64,000 nucleotides of DNA from Azolla caroliniana (lineage: Eukaryota > Plantae > Polypodiophyta). Within the stretch, counting starts at the first letter, position 1. Each line of letters begins with the position of its first letter. Of this stretch, positions 25,810-38,334 are shown piece after piece. The stretch covers positions 744,001-808,000 of the forward strand of contig JBHGNT010000009.1 of NCBI GenBank assembly GCA_043228905.1, given 5' to 3'. The position numbers and the translations under genes were made by a program. The notes under the pieces were generated by a model. It saw only the letters and a program-made list of their open reading frames with translations. It had not been told where the DNA came from and searched no databases.

Positions 25810-27325
25810 AAATGGATAGTGGATTCTCAAATCACTTTTAAAGTAACATGGGGGTCAAGCAAGGATGTCCACTATTACCCACACTCTTTGGCTTATGTAT
25901 TGATAAATTAGAAGTGGTGAATAAGGTTGCAAGAGAAGAAGAATTGAATACCCCCAAATTGATGCAACATGTTATCTTATTACTTCTATATACAGATGAT
26001 GTGGTACTCTTCTCATATGATAATGATAGTATGCAACATTTACTTGGGGTATTAGAAGAGTTTTGCTATAGTAGTGGACTAGCAGTGAATGTGGAGAAAA
26101 CAAAAATGATGGTAGTGCAAACCATCCAAACTCATCATTACCCTATGCTCACATATAGAGGTGAACATATGCAATTTGTTTGAAGCTTTAAATATCTTGG
26201 TGTTGATGTACCCACCACAAATAAATGGAGTGCATGCTTTGTTTCTAGGCTCCAAGCCGGTTGGAAATTGTATTACCTTTTGGAGAACTAATGTAACCAA
26301 AGTGATACTTGTGGATGGGAAGTAAAACTAATGTTGTTCAATGCCATGGTGGCATTGTTTTATGGAGTAGAAGTATGGGGTGGCACCATGTCTCTTAATG
26401 CATGGAATGAGATTGAGAAAATTCAAAAGATGTTTTTAAGGAGGCAATTAGGAGTTAAATGCACGACCTCTTACTAGGTTATGCTCTTTCAGGTGTTCAA
26501 CCTATAGAAATATTGACACTCCAAAGAGTATATAAATACATTACAAAAGTCAAGAATATGTTGAATCATCGATTACCACATCTTGCTTGGAATGTTGGAT
26601 GTACGCTACAAAAGAATCATAAGAGTAAGATTCTCTCATTCGGTTGGGTTGTTGACATAAGGAAATGATTTAGAAATGGGGTGTGGATGATCTTATACAA
26701 CTTTCGGGCGATGCTATGCATTATGTAATGATTGAGGAAAGGTTGGTGGAATCATTGAGGATGAAGTGGGAAGATACTAAGAGGACAAAGCTAGAATACT
26801 ACATTGCAAATGTCAACCTTGAACTTTGGTCTCAATATAAAGCAAGCATGCGTATTGATCGTATCCAACCTCATCTCGTTTCCAATATGAGTAGTAATGC
26901 GCGTAGAGCCTTTACACTACTTCACACTCGATCTCACAAGTTAGGTATTGAAGTTGCATCATGATAATATCACAATGTAATGAATTTGAAGACATGTAAA
27001 GTATGCAATGAAGGCATGGTAGAGGATGAATGTCATTTGCTCTTCACATGCTGGACATATAGTGCAATTAGTTCAAGATATGCTGACATACTAAGAGGGA
27101 GTGATAACTTAAGTGTCATACTTAAGACACCACCTAGAAGGTTGAGCTCATATGTGTAGGCTTTATTCGCACATAGAGACTTTGTGCTTAAATGTATTAT
27201 TACCCCTTCTTAGGTCCCATAAGTCCTAACTAGCCTCTTTATGGATGATAAAAAATCTAATTCTAATTCTAATTCTCTCTCAAAACTAGCCTCTTTATGG
27301 ACGATAAAAATTTGAATTCTCTCTC
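25810..27325 (+). mobile_element. 5'-truncated RTE-like LINE (RT 3' half + CCHC), pseudogenised
   Basis: GVKQGCPLLPTLF, LLYTDD, GLAVNVEKTK, FKYLG and CKVC....EDECH..FTC near 26995-27050. Ends in (AATTCT)n and a duplicated 3' tail. Confidence 0.85.
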
Positions 27326-27489
27326 ACTCTCTCACTCACTCACTCTCTCTCGTTCATCATAATTAGGTCTTAGGTTCGAACCCGATTCCTCACCTCTCTA
27401 TTACTTCATATATATCTCTCTTAATTTACTAGATACCACCATGGATTGTATCTTAATTTACTAGATACCATTGTGGAATGTAGGGGTGA

Positions 27490-27522
<33 letters not shown>

Positions 27523-28238
27523 ATATCTCTCTCACCATCATTATTCATGCTTCTATTTACATTGCACTATGATTAGCATTGGAGAGGTAGAACTTCTTAA
27601 TCTTCCCGGCGGTTCTACTTTAATTTTACACAACCATTGAGATTGTCCCTAACTTTAGCCCATCAATTACCTTAATCGAAAAACTCAATGAATGTTGCTC
27701 CCTCTTGAGAGACACCTTTGATTACTCCTCCTGAGAAATTGGATCAAGGTATTGTGGTGCAAAGGAAATTGGAGTCACGACACCCTGCTGAAATTGTTGT
27801 TAGATCAATACATCGTATATGTGCTTGCACTCATATCGTTATGGATATCTTCCCATTCGAATGGGACATGACTAACAGACTAGAGACCTTTGGTTAATAC
27901 ACATATGTTACTTATATTTTAGATTAAAAGAAAAGACTCTTGATATACCCACAAGAAGGTATATTCGATTAATGGATTATACAAATACAGGTACAAACTC
28001 CGATTGCTATTGGTGACGCACTCACTCTCTTTAATCGTGGTCTAATGTCACTTTTATTGTCTTTGTATGCCCTCTTTACCTTGCTCAGCTTCCTTTGTTC
28101 AGATGTCTGTGGTACTCAGCCCCCCCTTTTTTTCATTTCACACTTTGTATGGCTTTCTTCGTTGGTTTCCCACTTTGTCCCTTTTGTCCACTGGTTAACA
28201 CTTGCCATGCCCATGGGACAGTGCCTTGCACGTTGAAC

Positions 28239-28692
28239 CCAATAATCGAAAAAGAATCGAAAATCGAAAAGAATTGAAAGAATCGAGAATGTGTAATCTA
28301 CATTTAATTCTTCTTCGAAAATGTGCAAGATGCTCGTCAACTGCTGCGAGTCATCCGCTTTGGCAACGAAATTGGTCGAGTGGTTTGTTGCTCCTCACCT
28401 ATTGGTTCCTCGGCTGGCATCTCCTCGGACGTTCCCTGCGGTGCTATTTCGTTGAGTGCTTCGGCCAATAATCGAAAAAGAATCGAAAATAAAAAAGAAT
28501 TGAAAGAATCGAGAATGTGTAATCTGCATTTAATTCTTCTTCGAAAATGTGCAAGATGCTCGTCAACTGCTGCGAGTCATCCGCTTTGGTAACGAAATTG
28601 GTCGAGTGGTTTGTTGCTCCTCACCTATTGGTTCCTCGGCTGACATCTCCTCGGACGTTCCCTGCGGTGCTATTTCGTTGAGTGCTTCGGCC
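28239..28692. repeat. 226-bp tandem duplication
   Basis: ORFs at 28323 and 28549 share their first ~48 aa almost exactly; units start at 28239 and 28465. Confidence 0.9.
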
Positions 28693-29265
28693 GGGTGGGT
28701 TCGTTGGTCGACCGAGTCTCTCTGCTCATGGTCCTTGTTGGTTTGCTCGTCGTGCCCTAACTCTGCCACTGTCATGATATGGCAAGACTCGAACCCATGC
28801 CCTTATGCTACATGGGTCGAGCTCTTGACCATTAGACTATACATTGTAATACATAGAATATTATTTTCATTTATGTTTTATTATAGAAAATTGATGTATA
28901 TTCAGATTTCTCTGGAACATTCTAGAAGCTTTAGGACTACTCCTGAGAGCAATATAAAAGGAGGCACAAGGCATTATTTCGAACCAAATCGGTTCAACGC
29001 CAGTCTTAAGCCTCCTAGCTACTGTACATTTTCTTCACATAATATATATCTTTTCTTATCATCACTCTCTCTCTCTCTCTCTCTCTCTCCCTCTCACTCA
29101 CTCCTTCCTTCTCTCGAGAGTTCTTCACCTCTCTTAGTACTAATACTTCTTTTAGTACTAATTCCTTCTCTGTCTTAGTACTGTTCCTGACAGTTTGAAC
29201 CGATTTTGCTACCTTCTGTCTCTCTCATTTCCTACTAATCTCTTATTCCTCTTTTCTTTCATCCC

Positions 29266-31283
29266 ATGGCCACTGTTAGCGCTGAAGAATATCAATCTGT
29301 TTTCTCGGAATTTCAATGCTTGAAAGAGAAGTTCCATGCTTTGGAACAAGAAAACCAACGGTTGTTGGGGGATCTTCAGCAAATCTCCTTCGAAAAGTAG
29401 CAAACGTAACAACAACATGGGGAACTTGCGTTACGCGTGCAACAACTCGAAGCAACCATCATAACGATGCAACAACAAGGGCGCGGAACACAAGGGATTC
29501 ATAAAGAACCCAAGATTGGCCTTCCCACGAAGTTCGATGGAACGCGATCGCAGTTTAGAGGGTTCCTTAACTAGGTACGATTAGTTATTCAAATGTATCC
29601 TTCCCAGTATCCCACCGATGCATCACGAGTGGGTTTAGTAGGCACTTTGTTAAGTGGCTCAGTGTTGGCATGGTTCGTTCCACTATTAGAAAAGGAATCC
29701 CCGTTACTCAACAATTTTGAAGAGTTTCTAGGTGAGTTTAAAGCATGTTTCAGAGATACTGACAGCATCAGGACCGCAATCAACAAAATTCGGCAATTAC
29801 GCCAAGGTGACCGTCTAGCCTCTGCATATGCTGCAGATTTTCGCCTACTCGTCGCCGATATCCCTTGGGATGATCAAGCGTTGATGGAGCAATTCCGTTA
29901 TGGTTTACGCTGTCGTGCCTTTCGGCTCCGGATCGTTGCGTGAGTCGGGTGGGAACCACAGAGGTCTTGGACTAGGAGAAAGAAGTTCGTGAGATAAAGA
30001 TTAATTATGAATAAATAGCGAAGAGAAAGATAAGAAACTCGTGAATCACACGAGTATACTATATTAATTGGTACTTAGGGTGTTAAGAGAGAAGTAGATG
30101 TATAAATCGTGAATCCCACGAATAATTTTTGTATTGATTAATACTTAATCCAAATAATCAACAACCCTTTATATATTTCTCTCCTCCTTATATAAGGAAG
30201 GAAGAGCTAAGCATGGCTTCATGCTTTTTTTTTTTTTTTTACAAAAAGTGTTCATGTCCACTAAAATGTGCATGTGATGCTTTTTTATTTCCTAAGTATA
30301 GGGCTCATGCACGCTAGATGTGCATGAGTTATTTTTAGTGTCTCGTGTTTTTCTTTTTCATATATTAAAAAAATACACGATTTACCTTTTAATAAAGGTA
30401 TGCATAAATAAAGGTCTTATACGTATTAAATCTATATTTAAAACACTTAAGATAAGTTAATGTAATGGTAAGGTTGGGGTTTGTCAACGTGGAGGTGCAG
30501 AGTTTGAATCACGCCCTGCGCAGTAGTGAGTATTTCCTTTCTTTTTACATTTATGTCTCTTTATCCGGCTCTTCCTTGCCGGTATGCCGTTTTCTTCCTT
30601 GCCGGTATGCCGTTTTCCTCCTTGCCAGTATGCCGTTTTCCCTCCTTGCCGGTATGCCGTTTTTCCTCCTTGCCGGTATGCCGTTTTCTTCCGGTTCTCA
30701 CCGAGCACTCCATTCTCTATCCGGAGGGACAAAAATATAATTTCCACATAGTGTGCAACCTACACTACGACAACGCAACGACGTCAAGGATTTACTCTTG
30801 ACCTTCCTCGAAGAGCCAAAGTCCTTAACAGAAGCAATCAGTCGCGCGGTGAGATGTGACAACCGCCTCTTTGAGCAACATTCGGAACGACAACTACAGA
30901 TGCCGAGGGCAAGATCAGAGCCCACCTACGCCTCAATGGTAGCAAGACCTTTTCCGAGGGAGTCATATAATGCGCCTCCAGCGAATACTCTGACTCCGAT
31001 GGAGATTGACACTACACGTCGTCGAGGGCCATTATCCGAAGAAGAAAAGCAGCGACGCCGTACAAATAGACTATGTCTTTACTGCGGTGGACCAAGACAT
31101 ATTGCAATAAATTGCCCCCATAGGCCAAGAAGACAGGTAAACCAAATAGTCGCTAGTTCTCATTGTACTAAACTCGAGCCTATTTCAGTAGGGATATCTG
31201 ATAGTCCTAAAAGTACTAATAGCCCAAATCTAGCAAACAGATTTGATGTCCTTAGTCAGTTAGAAGAAGAGTTAAACGACTAA
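29266..31283 (+). pseudogene. gag: Chromovirus gag (stops, split by solo LTR)
   Basis: MATVSAEEY..., LPTKFDGTRSQFRGFL, LRQGDR...YAADF, QFRYGLR | NDVKD (rejoins across 29911-30772), PMEID and CLYCGGPRHIAINC. Confidence 0.9.
29911..30772 (-). mobile_element. Solo LTR (862 bp) of the Trp-primed Gypsy family B, inserted in chromovirus gag
   Basis: Reverse complement of 47079-47940, with 4-bp TSD ACGC (29907-29910 / 30773-30776). Confidence 0.95.
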
Positions 31284-34200
31284 GTCCAGCCAAAATAGGA
31301 GCCGTTTGGTTGGACAACCCTAGATCTGTGCAACCCATTAGTGGTTCCATTCCCTCTAAGCAAGTTAGTGATGTGTTCGTAGCCCAAGTAATAGTTAGTA
31401 CTAAAAGTACCCCTCTAGTACATGTCCTAGCACTCCTAGATTCCGGAGCTAACTCTTGCTTTATGGATAAGAAATTTGCTCAAGCTCATAAGATATCCCT
31501 AAGAAAACTCCAGTGTCCAGCCTCTGTAGTAGTCATTGATGGACGTCCCATTGCTTCTGGAAATATCATAGAAGAGTCAGAGCCCATTAATATTGTCCTA
31601 GATAACTTAGCTTGTGTAGTATCATTTAATATTATTAGTATCCCAGAACATCCCATAGTTTTAGGATTACCGTGGTTTGAGTTACATAACCCAGACATAG
31701 ATTGGAGAACAAGAGAAATCCGGTGTCGACAAACCCAAGGGTCAACTCAGAAGATGGCAATCATTTCGCTACGTCAGTTGCGTAAAGAAGGGCACAAGGA
31801 GGAAATGTTCCTCTTTGCAATATCAATAAACCCCTCCAACACCACTAAAGAAGGATCCACCGTTCAACTTCCCGAGAAGTATTGTCATTACGCCGATGTG
31901 TTCGATAAAGTACAAGCCAACACACTTCCTCATCATCGACCGTACGATTGCCCCATCGATTTACAACCGGGAAAAGAGCCGCCATGGGGACCGATCTACA
32001 ATTTGTCACCAACCGAGTTGGAAGTCCTTCGGGCCTATATAGAGGAGAATTTGGAAAATGGTTTCATCTGACATTCGAAATCTCCAGATGGCGCATCCAT
32101 TTTCTTCGTCAAGAAAAATGATGGATCACTTTGTCTTGTTGTAGATTACCGTGGCCTGAATAAGGTTTTAATCAGGAATAGGTATGCTCTTCCCCTTATC
32201 TCAAGTCTTTTAGAACGGATCAATGGTGCCAGGTTCTTCACGAAGATCGACTTACGGGGAGCATATAACCTCGTACGGATCCAACCAGGAGACGAATGGA
32301 AGACCGCGTTTCGCACCAGATATGGGCACTTCGAGTATACGGTCATGCCGTTCGGCCTCACTAATGCACCGACAGTCTTCCAGCACATGGCTAATGATAT
32401 ATTCCGAGATCTATTGGATGATTGTTTGATCATCTATTTGGATGATCTACTGGTTTATTCAAAGACCCAAGAAGAACATGATTCTCATGTACTATTAGTA
32501 CTAAAACGACTTCGAGAACATGGTCTGTATGCAAAGCTGGAAAAATGTAGTTTCGGGTGCAACCAAGTGGAATTTCTCGGCTACATCATTTCGTCAGAAG
32601 GCATCTCCATGGACCCAGCTAAGGTCAAAACAGTGGTAGAATGGCAGACTCCACGTTTGGTGCGGGATGTGAAATGCTTCCTAGGCTTTGCCAATTTTTA
32701 CCGGAAGTTCATACAAGATTACTCAAAGATCGTTCTACCTCTCACACAACTTACCAGGAAGGGACAATCGTTCATTTGGTCTGAAGAAACGGACGTGGCT
32801 TTCGAGAGTCTTAAAAAGGCATTTACATCGGCTCCAATTCTAGCTCATGTCGATCCAGAAAAACCATTTATTATCGAAGCTGACGCATCGGATTTTGCAT
32901 TGGGGAGCATTCTGTCACAACAAGGGAATGATGAGAAGCTACATCCTGTGGCTTTTCACTCACGCAAGTTTGACGCCGCCGAAATCAATTACGAAATTCA
33001 TGATAAGGAGCTATTGGCAATAATGGATTCTTTTATGCAATGGAGGCATTTTCTGGAGGGATCCTCTCATCCGATCACCGTATTTAGTGACCACAAGAAC
33101 CTTGCCTACTTTCAGGATGCTCGTGTGTTGAATCAACGTCAAGCTCGGTGGGCCCACTTCCTCACGCGTTTCGACTTCAAAATTACATATCGTCCGGGGA
33201 AGCACCAAGGGAAGGCAGATGCATTATCACGACGTTCGTATCTAGCACCCCGTCCCAGCGAGCCAACTTTCGATAACCAAAAACAAGTCATCTTGGGACC
33301 GGCACGACTACAAGCAACAAAGATCTTTGTCATGCCCATGGATTCCCGCGTTATCGATACCATACGCGAAGACTTGAAGACAGATGCGTTCGCCCAAGCT
33401 ATACTAGCACAAATTGATCCCTCTCGAGCGTCGTGTTCACAGTCGCAACCACCAGGTACGGACTATCGGCAATTCAAATACCATGATGGATTACTCTTCT
33501 TTAAAGAACTTTTGTATGTTCCTAATGGTTCTTGCCGCCTTCAAGTAGTACAAAACTGTCATGACACATATATAGCTGGGCATTTTGGTAGTACTAAAAC
33601 ACTACATTTAGTACAACGATCATTCGGGTGGCCCTGTATGCGACAAGTTGTCGAGGATTTTGTTCGAACTTGTGATACATGCTGTAGAGCGAAAATGCCA
33701 AGGCATCATCCATATCGTTTATTAGAACCATTACCAATTCCAAGCAAGCCGTGGCAATCCATTGCTCTAGACTTCATCACAGATCTTCCAGTCTCTAAGG
33801 GGTTCAATGCGATTCTAACGGTGGTCGATCGATATACGAAGATGGCTCATTTCTTGCCATGTATTAAGGAGATCTCCAGTGAAGACACTGCCGAAATTGT
33901 CATGCGTGAAGTATGTCGGCATCATGGACTTCCCGATAGTATCATTAGCGACCATGGACCCCAATTCGTGTCAAAATTCTGGAACACCTTTTTAACATGC
34001 TCAAGGTCACTTGTAACCTCTCCTCCGGCTACCACCCACAAACCGACGGCCAAGCCGAACGAACCAATCAAACGCTGGAGCAGTATCTGCGGTGCTTTCT
34101 CAACTATCATCAGGATGACTGGGCAGATATTCTCCACTTCGCCGAATTTGCCTATAACAACTCTATCCACGCATCCAGGAAAGTTACGCCATTTTATGCT

Positions 34201-34866
34201 TATACGGGATGTCACCCCCGGTGGTGTGTACTTGAAACCCCAGAGGTGTCCACAAATCCTTGCGCAGAGGATCGTTTGGAGAAGTTACGCAAGATACAAG
34301 CGGATTTATCTACTCATCTCCAACAAGCTCAACAAACACACAAGGTTTATGCGGATCGTCATCGACTCCCATCTAGTTTTAACATTGGAGATCGGGTATG
34401 GCTACTCCGACGACACATCAAGACTACTCGCCCATGTGAGAAGTTGGATTATCGGCGATTAGGTCTTTTCCGTATTATCGGAAAGATTAATGATGTCGCT
34501 TTTCGTCTTGATCTACCTCCACAACTTCGGATACATCCGGTGTTTCATAGTTCTCTCCTCAAACCCTATCAAGAAAGCACCATCCCAGGACGTATTACAC
34601 AACCTCCACCCCCGATCGAGCTTGAAGATGGACCTGAGTACGAGGTTGCTGCCATCCTTGATTCCAAGCTTGTTCGCAACAAGCTCTACTATCTAGTCGA
34701 CTGGCTAGGATATAGTCCCAGCGAGCGTACTTGGGAACCGATAGAGAATGTCACCAATGCTCGTGCTCTTCTTGAAGACTTCCATCGTCAATATCCAGAC
34801 AAACCGGGTCCTCAATCCAAAACGACTCGTTACACTCGTCGTTTTAAAGGGGGGATAGTGTCATGA
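31271..34866 (+). pseudogene. pol: Chromovirus pol (PR, RT, RNase H, integrase, group I chromodomain)
   Basis: ALLDSGA; IYLDD; EADASD and DHKNL; H..GH...CDTC, LDF, SDHG, DGQAER; PEYEVAAILDS....YLVDWLGY....TWEP. TGA at 32069-32071 and a frameshift near 33990. Confidence 0.92.
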
Positions 34867-35151
34867 TATGGCAAGACTCGAACCCATGACCTTATGCTAC
34901 ATGGGTCGAGCTCTTGACCATTAGACTATACATTGTAATACATAGAATATTATTTTCATTTATGTTTTATTATAGAAAATTGATGTATATTCCAGATTTC
35001 TCTGGAACATTCTAGAAGCTTCAGGACTACTCCTGAGAGCAATATAAAAGGAGGCACAAGGCATTATTTCGAACCAAATCGATTCAACGCTAGTCTTAAG
35101 CCTCCTAGCTACTGTACATTTTCTTCACATAATATATATCTTTTCTTATCA

Positions 35152-35197
<46 letters not shown>

Positions 35198-35301
35198 TCA
35201 CTCACTCCTTCCTTCTCTCGAGAGTTCTTCACCTCTCTTAGTACTAATACTTCTTTTAGTACTAATTCCTTCTCTGTCTTAGTACTGTTCCTGACAGCCA
35301 C

Positions 35302-35961
35302 ATGGTCGGTCGTGCTTCCTCTGGGGGCTTCTTCTTCTGTTCTTGTTGGGCCTGGAGTTGTTCTTGTTCATAATTGTTCAGATGAATGGCGAGTTGTAGT
35401 TGTTCGTTGACGAATTCCTCTATTAGGTTCCCGATCTCCGTGGTGTGTGTCTGGGCTAGGGAGTGGAATTCATTGGTGAAGTCCTGTCAAAGCAGTTGAA
35501 TGATGTTCTTGTCCATTTTAAAAAATCCTCGGCCCTCCTTTTTGTAGTTTTTGGAATCGGCCCGGAGTATTTGTAATTCGCCCACTTGGGCACACCAATC
35601 TTTCCAACCCCGAGACAAAGTTTCGTTGAAGTTTTGGTTTAGCCGCTTCTAATGTTTTGCCAACAAGGCTTGGACGTGATTTTCCCCCATTTCGTATTTG
35701 ACGCGAAGCTCCTGTAATTCGGTTGTGGCTGTGTAGGCGGTGATGTCGAGCTTGGCCTTAGCCCGGTTGAAGGAGGAGATGATCCCGTCGAGGTTCTTCC
35801 GGAAGAACTCTATGTCTTGCTCATATTTGTGGATGAGCCTTGGCTTCTCCTCCTCGACCTCCTGCTTGCACTAGTCTGGTTCTTGTTTAGATGTTTTCTG
35901 AAGATACCGGAGGAAGTCTTCTAACACATGCGTCTGACTATTCATTTCACACATCAACTGG
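35302..35961 (-). pseudogene. Decayed coiled-coil ORF of unknown (probably TE) origin, continuing at 28769-28563 and 37313-37041
   Basis: A ~200-codon Q/E/K/L-rich minus frame broken by only a few TAG/TGA codons; related-looking coding sequence resumes beyond the chromovirus TSD. Confidence 0.45.
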
Positions 35962-37040
35962 TGTCGTCGGCCTACATCTCCCTGCAGTTTTGATATCGTG
36001 AAGATTTTTGGCTACGGTGAGAAAACCGGATGGAATGGGCAATGTTGTCAATGTGCAACATGTGCATTAGGGAATGTATGTAAAATAATAGGGGGAATTT
36101 ATCCCACATTATAACGTCCTTCTCTCTTTGGACTATAAAATCAGGGAGGGCTCTCTTGTGAAGGGGTTGCCCATTTTGAGTTAGAACTTCGGAGGGTATA
36201 TCGTTAGATCTAAGGTATGGTAGTTGTCTCTTCCTTTTACTTTCCTTTAGGGTTTGGTAACTTTCTTCTTCTTCTTTCTTTTGGTTGTTCTTCTTGGAGT
36301 GGAGGTTTAGGGTTTCTCTCGGTTTCGATCTCTCTTCTTGGTTAGGTCCGGTTTAGAGCTCGTATGATTTGAGGGTTTCCGTTCGTAGATCTGTCTCCTG
36401 TGCAAGACCCCATTCGCGTAGGCGAGCCCGAGTGCTCCTCGACTAGTGGCTTGGCGACAGACAACTGTTGTGCTTTGGTAAGAAGGCACGTCTTCAACGC
36501 AAGGCTTCCACTTGCATAGGCGAGCCCGATTACTCCCCGACTGGAGCTTGCCTGTAGACGACTGTTGTATCTATTCGGTATTGGACCATCTCGAAACCGG
36601 CAGTGTAACTTGTGTCCCTTGTAAATATATATGAGAAAACTTAGGTGTGCATATGTTTGTGTCAGCGTCTTTGGATTTCGTCCTATCGGATGTGCTTGTG
36701 ATGTGATGTGATGTGTGTGTGTATTGAGTCATTCTGTGTTGTCGCGTGTCTCCTCTTTCGGTTCGGAGACTCGTCGTCTTGTATATAAGAAGGTACGAAG
36801 AGCCGGTGTGCGTGCGTGTGCTCTCCCTCTCTTCAATCCGGTTGCTTTCAGAACGCATCCGGACCCATCCGGATCTGTTTGGTTCGGTTGGTTTCGGCTT
36901 GCATCTGGAATTGTCCCGGTTGGTGCCACAGTCGGTGTAACCGGCCCTAGAGAAATCGTCCTTCCAGTATCAATCACTCCCTAGTCCATGACCCCCGTGG
37001 TGTCGCCTTTTCCGACACGCACACGCAAATTTCTACGACA
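35962..37040 (+). mobile_element. Older solo LTR related to the Trp-primed lineage
   Basis: TGTCGT...ACGACA ends, TATA near 36133, U5 motif cctagtccatgacc..cacgcaa, and similarity to 60980-61623 (ggggttgcccattttgagttag). TSD is imperfect. Confidence 0.65.
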
Positions 37041-38334
37041 CCATGTGCTCGCATTGGAGATCGACGAGTTTTTCATTCCGACTGCGAAGCACTTGGTGGA
37101 ATACTTCTATCTATTGTAGCATCATAGCAACCGAGTTGTTCTTCCGAGTTGGCGACATTGGCGGAAGTGGGAATGGCCAGGGGGGGTGTCTTGACCCTGG
37201 ATGTTTATTGCCTGAAGCTCACGTTCGAGGTTGAAGACTCTTGCTTCTGAAGCCTGCCATAGCTCCGTCACTTGGTTGGCCTGTTTGCGGGCATGCTTAC
37301 TGCTAGAGGCCATATCCTTAGCCGCGCGGTGTCGCGTTGTTACGCGCGTACGTGTAGAAAGGGGCGGGATCACGGGGGTCTTGGACCGAGGAGCGAGAGA
37401 GAGAGAGAGACAGAGAGAGAGATTCACCGACACGTAGAAGCGAGAAAGAGAGAGATAGAATCGTAACACTTAATTATAATGACAAGAGATTACAATCCCT
37501 GACAGTTACAACCGACGAGGCGGCGACGGACCCGACACAGGGACCCTACTCACGCACACCGACGACAGTCACACGACTCCAAGAAACAAAGAGGAAAGGG
37601 AGCGACTTTGCTAGAAGCACACGGGTTGTCCACGAAGCAGAGGCAGCGCACTCCCATAGGCGGCGACGGACCCGCAGAGAACGATGGCTCGAGGAGAAGA
37701 GAGAGCTCGGCTTCCCTTCTGCAGCATCGCTTCTTTTTTCCCCCCAACGCGCGATCTCCCCCCAATCTCTTCTCCTGTTCCTTCCCTTTATTCCCTGTCC
37801 CTCCGTCTGACAGAGATACGCACCATCCCCTGATAAATGCGTGCCACTTCATATTTTCACCCACCGATCTGTTTATGAATCGGGTATGAAATATCGAGTC
37901 ACGCGTCCATCCGTGTAAGAGCCGGTTCACGCGCTTTTCTCTCCGATTCTGCCTATGGCCGGTTTTCTTCACGACATCCACCCCCACCAAACCGCGCATC
38001 CACTGGTATGCGCTAGAGACGGGTAGATATCGGAGAAATCCGGCCTCACTCGTTGCTCTCCGATTCTCCATCGGACCCGAACTGATCGTCGTCGTCGCTC
38101 CCGCTCGCAGGCTCCGGCTCGTCTTCGAACAGCTTCTTGAAAGCTTTGATCTGCTTTCCGGCCACTGACACCGCTAACCGTGTCTCATCGAATTCCGCGA
38201 GGTGGTACGTGCCGTTGCCGTTCGCGCTCGTCACTATGTAGGGCCTGAACCACCTCCTGGCAAACTTTCGCACCGCCTTGTGCTGATTGTCGAGGCTGCT
38301 GTCGTATACCAAGACCCAGTCGCCTTCCTCGATC

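Larger units (their letters stand above)
28770..35296 (+). mobile_element. Full-length Ty3/Gypsy chromovirus (Tcn1-like), inactive
   Basis: LTRs 28770-29192 and 34859-35296 (TG..CA; ~5 differences plus CT-repeat length), TSD GCCAC (28765-28769 / 35297-35301), PPT aaaggggggatag, order gag-PR-RT-RH-IN-chromodomain. Confidence 0.95.
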
